From contig LDXN01000009.1 in NCBI GenBank assembly GCA_001443445.1, positions 4,798 to 68,797 of the forward strand: a DNA stretch of 64,000 nt, given 5' to 3'. A program made the translations under genes and the position numbers. Positions 58,021 through 64,000 of this stretch are shown one piece after another (the stretch's first letter is position 1; each line of letters starts with the position of its first letter). The DNA is from Candidatus Dadabacteria bacterium CSP1-2. GTDB taxonomy: Bacteria > Desulfobacterota_D > UBA1144 > Nemesobacterales > CSP1-2. A model generated the notes under the pieces. The model was not told where the DNA came from and did not search any database. It was given only the letters and a program-made list of their open reading frames with translations.

Positions 58021-58836
58021 ATGGACTGGGGAATGAAAAATCGTATGGCTAGAATCATAAGGCCTGAAACGGGACGCGCCATTATGCTGGCGGTAGATCA
58101 CGGCTATTTTTTGGGGCCTACATCAAGATTGGAGGTTCCTCGTAGAACAATTGAACCATTAATTCCCTATGCTGATTCTTTAATGCTTACACGAGGTGTC
58201 CTACGTACATCGGTTGATCCTAACAGTGGAACAAATGTCGTGCTAAGGGTCTCTGGGGGGGTGAGTATAATTGGTCCATCTCTTGCTGATGAGGGAATAA
58301 CCACTTCTATGAAGGATGCAATACGCCTAAATGTTGCAGGTATTGGCTTATCGGTATTTGTTGGAACTGAGCACGAGCGTAAGACTCTGCTTAGCCTTGC
58401 AGAGCTTGTCAATCAGGGGGAGGAATATGGTATCCCAGTTTTGGCTATAACTGCTGTTGGCAGGGAGCTTGAAAAGCGGGATGCTCGCTTTTTATCCCTC
58501 TGTTGTCGCATATGTGCTGAACTTGGTGCACATATAGTTAAGACATATTACTGTGAGGATTTTGAGAAGGTGACTGAAAGCTGCCCAGTCCCAATCGTGA
58601 TTGCAGGTGGGCCAAAGCTCGCTACAGAACTAGATGCTCTGGAGATGTCCTATAATGCGGTTCAGCAAGGCGCTGTTGGAGTGGATATGGGCAGAAACAT
58701 ATGGCAGTCGGATTATCCTGTTGCAATGATTAGGGCTATACGTGCTGTCGTCCATGAGAATTACACACCTAAACAGGCGCATGATCTATTTAGGTCGCTT
58801 AAGGATGCAGAGGGTAAAAAGGTAGTAAGTGTCTAG
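58021..58836 (+). CDS. Class I aldolase of the DhnA/FbaB/LsrF family
   Basis: 271 aa with LAVDHGYFLGP and a Schiff-base Lys context IVKTYY. Confidence 0.7.
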   Translation: MDWGMKNRMARIIRPETGRAIMLAVDHGYFLGPTSRLEVPRRTIEPLIPYADSLMLTRGVLRTSVDPNSGTNVVLRVSGGVSIIGPSLADEGITTSMKDAIRLNVAGIGLSVFVGTEHERKTLLSLAELVNQGEEYGIPVLAITAVGRELEKRDARFLSLCCRICAELGAHIVKTYYCEDFEKVTESCPVPIVIAGGPKLATELDALEMSYNAVQQGAVGVDMGRNIWQSDYPVAMIRAIRAVVHENYTPKQAHDLFRSLKDAEGKKVVSV

Positions 58837-58895
58837 ATAGTTGTAAAAAAAATGTCTGCCGTTTCTTTCTTAACTTTAAGTGCTACCAATAGGAA

Positions 58896-59000
58896 TGTCA
58901 TTGCGAGGAGCGAGTAGTATTTCTCCCGCAGTGTGGGAGAAATGGTAATAAAAAGATACCGAAGCAATCTTAACAGTAGGGGCAATTCATAAATTGCCTC
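58896..59000. repeat. Mosaic repeat (TGTCATTGCGAGGAGCGA...CCGAAGCAATCT), inner hairpin and a GTAG hairpin
   Basis: The inner hairpin is ttctccc-gcagtgt-gggagaa (58921-58941). The GTAG hairpin is gtaggggcaattcataaattgcctc (58976-59000). Confidence 0.65.
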
Positions 59001-59059
59001 AATCATGTCGTTGGTAATGACAATTTCATATTGGTCACATCATAAATAATGAAATTCCT

Positions 59060-60085
59060 ATGCGCGTAGCAATGTATTATAACAACCGGGATGTGCGGCT
59101 TGAGAAGATGCCAACTCCACGTATAGGGTCTGGTGAAATCCTTGTACGTGTTCAGGCAAGTGGGGTTTGCGGAAGCGATGTAATGGAGTGGTATCGTGTT
59201 CCCAAGGCACCTATTGTACTAGGACATGAGATTGCGGGCGAAGTTACAGCAGTTGGTGATGGTGTTAAGTATTTCAAGGTAGGAGACCGTGTTTTCGCAA
59301 CTCATCATGTTCCATGTAATACATGCTACCACTGCCTGAGAGGAAATCACTCTGCTTGTGAAACACTTCGAAGTACGCATTTCGACCCGGGAGGCTTTGC
59401 CGAATATATCCGTGTGCCTGCCATTAATGTTGATCGCGGGGTGTTTAAGCTTCCTGATGAAGTGTCGTTTGAAGATGGCTCGTTTATTGAGCCTCTTGGT
59501 TGTGCAATACGTGGTCAGAGGTTAGCCCGATTCCAGACTGGTAGCAGCGTGCTAATTATCGGGAGTGGGATTACCGGCTTACTTCATATTCAGCTTGCCT
59601 GTGCTCAAGGCGCAGGGCGTGTTATTGCAACAGATATTAATGAGTACAGGTTGAAGGCAGCTCTCCGTTTGGGGGCCGATGCTGTTATACATGCTAATGA
59701 AGATGTGCCTAAACGCCTGTGTGAGGTTAACGATGGAAGGCTTGCCGACCTAGTTATTGTCTGTACCGGCTCGCCTCATGCTATCGAGCAATCATTCAAT
59801 TTGGTAGAACGTGGTGGAAGTATTCTTTTCTTTGCCCCCACAGATCCGGGTATAAAAATCCCAATGCCGTTTAACGAAATCTGGTGGGCTGGAATCACCA
59901 TGACTAGTTCCTATGCCGCTAGCCCTTCAGACCTTGCCATAGCTATAGAACTCATTCGATCACGGCGTGTGAATGTAAAAGATATGATTACGCATCGCCT
60001 TCCCCTTGCTGAGACAGGCCGAGGCTTCCAACTAGTCGCCGAAGCAAAAGACTCAATAAAAGTCATTATCGAGCCACAGAAGTAA
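59060..60085 (+). CDS. Zinc-dependent alcohol/polyol dehydrogenase (MDR family)
   Basis: 341 aa with GVCGSD, GHE, the structural-Zn cysteines CNTCYHCLRGNHSAC and GSGITG. Confidence 0.85.
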   Translation: MRVAMYYNNRDVRLEKMPTPRIGSGEILVRVQASGVCGSDVMEWYRVPKAPIVLGHEIAGEVTAVGDGVKYFKVGDRVFATHHVPCNTCYHCLRGNHSACETLRSTHFDPGGFAEYIRVPAINVDRGVFKLPDEVSFEDGSFIEPLGCAIRGQRLARFQTGSSVLIIGSGITGLLHIQLACAQGAGRVIATDINEYRLKAALRLGADAVIHANEDVPKRLCEVNDGRLADLVIVCTGSPHAIEQSFNLVERGGSILFFAPTDPGIKIPMPFNEIWWAGITMTSSYAASPSDLAIAIELIRSRRVNVKDMITHRLPLAETGRGFQLVAEAKDSIKVIIEPQK

Positions 60086-60114
60086 AGTGTACCTCTCGTC
60101 TTAGACCTTTCGTT

Positions 60115-60258
60115 GTATTTGAAAAAAGGTGAATATCAAAGAAAGATTTTGTATAATTACGGCAAGATTTCAATAGTTCAGTTTAGAGTTAAAAATGAAG
60201 TGGATTCAAGTTATTTTCCATCTAGGAGATAAGCAAGCTAATATTCGATTATTAGATT
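60115..60258 (+). repeat. Conserved leader repeat, copy A (upstream of the DUF4258 cassette)
   Basis: Shares gattttgtataattac (16/16), cagttt(t)tagagtt, gttattttccat[c/t]tagg(g)agataa[g/a]caa and att[c/t]g[a/g]ttatta, in the same order, with 62045-62192. Confidence 0.75.
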
Positions 60259-60303
60259 ATATCTCCCATGGCCAATAATTGTAAGCGAAGTTTAAAGGAA
60301 GGG

Positions 60304-60567
60304 ATGGAAATTCAGATTGACCCGCACACTCTAGAACGTGCTGAGGAAAGAGGCACAAACGAAGAGGAAATTAAAGATGTGATCAAGACAGGGTTTGCCA
60401 TTCCAGGGCGGTATGGTCGTATGGGGAGAGCCAAAGTCTATGATTTCAACCGGAAGCGACACGGTAAGTTTTATGAACAAAAGAGAGTTGAAGTGTTCTA
60501 TACTATCGAAAGTAGTGTTATCATAACTGTAACGGTTTATGTCTTTTATGGAAAATGGGAGGAATAA
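60304..60567 (+). CDS. DUF4258-family protein (putative toxin)
   Basis: MEIQIDPHTLERAEERGTNEEEIKDVIKTG is the typical DUF4258 opening. The start is set at the internal Met after AAGGAAGGG. Confidence 0.65.
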   Translation: MEIQIDPHTLERAEERGTNEEEIKDVIKTGFAIPGRYGRMGRAKVYDFNRKRHGKFYEQKRVEVFYTIESSVIITVTVYVFYGKWEE

Positions 60568-60568
60568 G

Positions 60569-60784
60569 ATGCAAATCCTGTATAATGTCAAAACAGACTT
60601 GCTTTACCTTCGTCTGGATGACCGGAAACAGCAAGTAGTTAACAAACGAGTCTCAGATGATGTCGTGCTAGACATTGGGGAAGATGACAGAATAGTGGGC
60701 ATTGAAATTCTTGACGCCTCTAAGCATCTGAACTTGGAGAAATTACTTCCTGTGAAATACGAGCTACTATCTGATGGGCTGTGA
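60569..60784 (+). CDS. DUF2283-family protein (putative antitoxin)
   Basis: YNVKTDLLYLRL...DIGEDDRIVGIEILDAS is the DUF2283 signature. GGAGG lies 6 nt upstream, and the start follows the DUF4258 stop by 1 nt. Confidence 0.7.
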   Translation: MQILYNVKTDLLYLRLDDRKQQVVNKRVSDDVVLDIGEDDRIVGIEILDASKHLNLEKLLPVKYELLSDGL

Positions 60785-60901
60785 ATTGGGCTGGTTATGT
60801 CAGTTAATAGAACTATTTCATCAAGGTCATTATCTTGCCACAGAAGTAGCATTGTAAAATTGATCCTATATGTGCAATATTAGACTAAGGGGAGCAAGAA
60901 T

Positions 60902-61108
60902 ATGAAGTTTATTATCACTATATTTCAGGATGAGGATGGGATGTTCATAGCTGAATGTCCATCTATCCCTGGCTGTGTGAGTCAAGGCAAGACCGAACAA
61001 GAGGCTGAGAAGAACATTCAAGAGGCAATCAAAGAGTGTTTAGAGGTGCGAGCTGAAAAAGGAATGCCTCTAACTGTGACGACTCGCCAAGTAGAGGTTC
61101 ATGTCTAA
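60902..61108 (+). CDS. hicB: HicB-family antitoxin (UPF0150)
   Basis: 68 aa with the motif FQDEDGMFIAECPSIPGCVSQGKTEQEAEKNIQEAI. Confidence 0.75.
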   Translation: MKFIITIFQDEDGMFIAECPSIPGCVSQGKTEQEAEKNIQEAIKECLEVRAEKGMPLTVTTRQVEVHV

Positions 61109-61110
61109 CG

Positions 61111-61194
61111 CCTCCTGTACCAATATTGAGACCTGGGGAGGTTGTAGCAAAGAATTCATTTAATATTGTAAGGACAATTCTTAACAACTTGTAA
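61111..61194 (+). pseudogene. Remnant of a hicA toxin gene (no start codon, about 27 codons)
   Basis: The frame reads PPVPILRPGEVVAKNSFNIVRTILNNL*, resembling the HicA opening LP.VSG.EV.KAL.K.GF..VRQ.GSH before it breaks off. Confidence 0.35.
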
Positions 61195-61352
61195 TTTTAA
61201 AGCTCCTTGTCTTATGATTTTCTAACCTGTCTGCACGCTACCAAAGCAGTCCATAAGCGCTAGAATGCATTTGCGAGGACATCGTTAAATTTGAGGTAGT
61301 AAGGGAGTTATGAGCAGTTCAGGTAGAATATGCATATGGAAGGAGGTGAAAT

Positions 61353-61559
61353 GTGCGGACATTAGAAGAGCTAATTAAGGAATTACCACCAGAACTTCAA
61401 AAGGAGGTTCATGACTTTGTACAATTTCTTTTGGAAAAACGGATGCGAAAACACGGCAGAACATTGCGTCAGGATTGGGCTGGTGCGCTCAGGGATTACA
61501 GGGATCAATATACCTCGCTGGAACTCCAGAAAAAGGCGTTAGAATGGCGAGGGGACTGA
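61353..61559 (+). CDS. DUF2281-type antitoxin (VapB-like)
   Basis: 68 aa with GTG start after GGAGG and the motif LPPELQKEVHDFVQFLLEK. Ends 3 nt before the PIN gene. Confidence 0.7.
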   Translation: MRTLEELIKELPPELQKEVHDFVQFLLEKRMRKHGRTLRQDWAGALRDYRDQYTSLELQKKALEWRGD

Positions 61560-61562
61560 GCC

Positions 61563-61964
61563 ATGTATCTAGTGGACACGAACGTGTGGCTTGAGCGTCT
61601 TCTCGACCAAGAAAGGGCAGAAGATATTCGACGGTTTCTTGATGAAACACCATCAGAGCGTCTCTTTATAACCGATTTCGCTTTTCATTCTATCGGGGTG
61701 GTAATGAGCAAATTGAATCGGATGGAGGCGTTGTTGCGTTTCGTTCAGGATGCTTTTATGGATGGAGCTGTTGCGCTGGTTCACCTCAAGCCCGAGGACA
61801 CACAACGGATCGCTTCCGTGATAAAACAATTTAACCTCGATTTTGACGATGCCTACCAGTATGTGGCTGCTGAGAAACACGACTTGACCATCGTAAGCTT
61901 TGACAGTGATTTTGAGCGCACGGAACGGGGCAGGAAAACTCCAGCCGAGGTATTGAAGCCATAA
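61563..61964 (+). CDS. vapC: PIN-domain ribonuclease toxin VapC
   Basis: 133 aa with the acidic PIN residues: MYLVDTNVW (D5), E in the ..LDQERAE stretch, DFDDAY and SFDSDF. Confidence 0.8.
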   Translation: MYLVDTNVWLERLLDQERAEDIRRFLDETPSERLFITDFAFHSIGVVMSKLNRMEALLRFVQDAFMDGAVALVHLKPEDTQRIASVIKQFNLDFDDAYQYVAAEKHDLTIVSFDSDFERTERGRKTPAEVLKP

Positions 61965-62044
61965 CCAGATACACACCATTGGACTGTAGCTAAAGTAATT
62001 GATTTTTGAGGAAATGAGGTGTTTAGGGTGTTAAGGTTAGGTTT

Positions 62045-62192
62045 TATGAAAAAAAAGTACATCTCAAAAGAGGATTTTGTATAATTACAGTAAAAAATTG
62101 CGTAATGCAGTTTTTAGAGTTTTGATAAGCGGAATAAGTTCGGGTTATTTTCCATTTAGGGGAGATAAACAAACCAGTATTTGGTTATTAAC
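62045..62192 (+). repeat. Conserved leader repeat, copy B (upstream of the HEPN-motif ORF)
   Basis: See 60115-60258. Confidence 0.75.
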
Positions 62193-62249
62193 TGTTATGT
62201 GCAATCCCCTCGCAGGCCTTTGAGATTCGAAGTATCTAGGAGAATAATT

Positions 62250-62648
62250 ATGGTTCTGGTTACTCGTTACATGGGAGCTAAAAACATTAGGGAGATGATG
62301 CAAAAAGACCAATATATTGAGGTTTTTACCCACACCCAGCTTGGTATCGAAAAAATATTGTGGGACAAAATTGTAGGAATTTTCGAAAGCGAAAAAGCAA
62401 TGTTAGTTAGAAAAACAATTGAAGAAAGTAGAGGTAGAACAGATCGATCTAATGCTACAACCGGTGAGCTTATTAAGTGGGCTCACTTTTTGGGAGCAAT
62501 TGACAACTACGAATGGAGTGATCTCATAGATTTCAATAAAAAGAGAAACGATATTATACATGGTCATGGTCAATGGTGGCATTTTGATAAAAAGCATAGA
62601 GAAGCACTCTACAAGGGAATTCGATTTTTAGAGAAAAATGATTTTTAA
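62250..62648 (+). CDS. Hypothetical protein with an HEPN-like Rx4H motif
   Basis: 132 aa from the ATG after TAGGAGAATAATT, predicted all-helical. KKRNDIIHG near the C-terminus fits R-x4-H. No partner gene is visible. Confidence 0.35.
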   Translation: MVLVTRYMGAKNIREMMQKDQYIEVFTHTQLGIEKILWDKIVGIFESEKAMLVRKTIEESRGRTDRSNATTGELIKWAHFLGAIDNYEWSDLIDFNKKRNDIIHGHGQWWHFDKKHREALYKGIRFLEKNDF

Positions 62649-62826
62649 TTTTTTATAATCCTACCTTAATCTGGCTATCAGAGGACTTCGTTTATCTCCA
62701 AAACTGCAAGACCGCGTGAAATGTAATTTAAATTGGTCTGTTCAATTTACATGATTGCAAGCATGACTAACTTAACCCACCACTATTGAACCTCCTTCCT
62801 AAACTGTTTAGACTCTCCAAATAAAC

Positions 62827-64000
62827 ATGAAAGAAGCTATAGAAGTAGCAGTTCCGATACCTCAGAGTGAAACGTTTTATTATTCAGTGCCTTCACATCT
62901 TCAAGACGGAATTCAAATCGGTAAGCGTGTTTTGGTTCCATTTAAAAACAGAAAGGCTCTTGGATTCATTATTGGATTTGGAAAACCACCAGAAGGAATA
63001 ACGTTAAGAGAAATTATAGACATTGTAGATGAAGAGCCACTTTTTGATGAAAAGAGGCTTGAGTTTCTAAAGTGGTTTTCGAATTATTACTTAAGTTCAC
63101 TAGGAATTGTTCTTAAAGCTGCCCATCCAGGGGGACTAGGAGTAAGCCTCAAAAAGGTTCTCAAGATAACAGAAAAAGGAGCTGATGTACTCACCAAAGG
63201 TAAATTAAACGAGCATGAGAAATTAATTCTTAAAACGTTATCTATTTCCGGAGAACTTACGGTTGTAAAGCTCTTTAACCTTGTTGAAGAAGCAACTTAC
63301 GAAATTCTAAACTCTCTTAAGCGAAGAAGGTTACTTGATTACAGCTATGAACTTCACTCAAACCCCAAAGTTAAGTATGAAAAGGTAATCGTTGCACTAG
63401 AAAGTGCGAAGTTGAGAGATGAAGAAAAACGAAACGGTTCTGCCAGGACGCAGATTCTTGATTTTGTACTTATGCATGGGAGAGTTCCCTACACGAATAT
63501 TAGGGAGATATTTGGAGAGGTAAGTCGACACATTCGTTGGTTGGAGAATAAAGGTTATATAAAGGTAGAAAACGTAGAGGTTACAAGAGACCCTTTTTCA
63601 GAGATACCTGCTTTCACAGAAAAACCACCTAATCTTACTCCTGATCAAGAAAGGGCATTCCAGAGTGTAAAAGAGGCTATAGAAAGAGGAAAGTTCTCAC
63701 CTTTTCTTCTTCACGGGGTTACAGGAAGCGGTAAGACCGAGGTATATCTACGAGTAATCGAAGTGGTTATTAAAAATGGAAAAGAGGCTATAGTTCTTGT
63801 TCCTGAAATCTCGCTTACGCCTCAACTTGTAAAAAGGTTTCGTGGGAGGTTTGGTAACAAGGTTGCCGTAATCCATAGTGCCCTCAGCGACGGTGAGAGG
63901 TTAGATGCGTGGCGAATGGCAAGACGAGGTGATGTAAAAATAATTATAGGTGCAAGGTCTGCGATATTTGCTCCATTTAGAAACTTAGGGATAGTTGTTG
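62827..64000 (+). CDS. priA: Primosomal protein N' (PriA helicase), 5' partial
   Basis: Absent from the ORF track because it has no stop in the window. Translation gives MKEAIEVAVPIPQSETFYYSVP...GKRVLVPF and the Walker A motif HGVTGSGKTEVY at about 63720. Confidence 0.85.
   Translation, partial: MKEAIEVAVPIPQSETFYYSVPSHLQDGIQIGKRVLVPFKNRKALGFIIGFGKPPEGITLREIIDIVDEEPLFDEKRLEFLKWFSNYYLSSLGIVLKAAHPGGLGVSLKKVLKITEKGADVLTKGKLNEHEKLILKTLSISGELTVVKLFNLVEEATYEILNSLKRRRLLDYSYELHSNPKVKYEKVIVALESAKLRDEEKRNGSARTQILDFVLMHGRVPYTNIREIFGEVSRHIRWLENKGYIKVENVEVTRDPFSEIPAFTEKPPNLTPDQERAFQSVKEAIERGKFSPFLLHGVTGSGKTEVYLRVIEVVIKNGKEAIVLVPEISLTPQLVKRFRGRFGNKVAVIHSALSDGERLDAWRMARRGDVKIIIGARSAIFAPFRNLGIVV

Noticed and set aside
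60115-62192. TA islet as an integron cassette array, with the repeated leaders as attC sites
   Set aside because: No integrase or attI is present in the window. The repeats lack the RYYYAAC/GTTRRRY core pairs and the internal imperfect dyad of attC. They also contain a promoter-like TATAAT box instead.

Overview
Bacterial chromosomal window, about 40% GC by eye, with AT-rich spacers. rpoC is unsplit, so the source is not a cyanobacterium. Core content is one long minus-strand expression cluster from 35.8 kb down to 16.8 kb: rpsL-rpsG-fusA-tuf-rpmG-tRNA-Trp-secE-nusG-rplK-rplA-rplJ-rplL-rpoB-rpoC-valS. Other core genes are purL-purF, trxB, a gcvT-family gene, tRNA-Val, ddl, nfo, bioF, a thiolase/DUF35/thiolase/FabG group, and the 5' part of priA running off the right edge. 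Accessory content includes two tandem B12-radical-SAM paralogues next to a GT14 glycosyltransferase, a RAYT/IS200-like Y1 transposase bounded by 23-bp inverted repeats, and dsbB/dsbA. It also includes a matrixin-type metalloprotease with lipoprotein genes and a toxin-antitoxin islet (DUF4258/DUF2283, hicB, vapBC, an HEPN-motif ORF), plus a second hicBA locus. The ORF track misses rpmG, both tRNAs, priA and several sub-60-aa ORFs. The most unusual signals are not genes. (1) Long spacers, especially inside the ribosomal/RNAP cluster, are filled with phase-locked degenerate heptanucleotide arrays arranged as inverted halves. (2) A 29-nt perfect GTAG...CTAC palindrome sits in frame twice inside valS, and related GTAG-hairpins cluster in spacers. 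(3) tuf has an extreme purine-ending codon choice unlike its operon neighbours. (4) A roughly 250-bp duplication of the purL leader and start brackets two tiny minus-strand ORFs. (5) A conserved roughly 130-nt leader is repeated in front of two TA-islet cassettes. Three apparent frameshifts fall on homopolymer runs, so sequencing error must be excluded. All homology calls come from motif recognition by eye; no searches were run.
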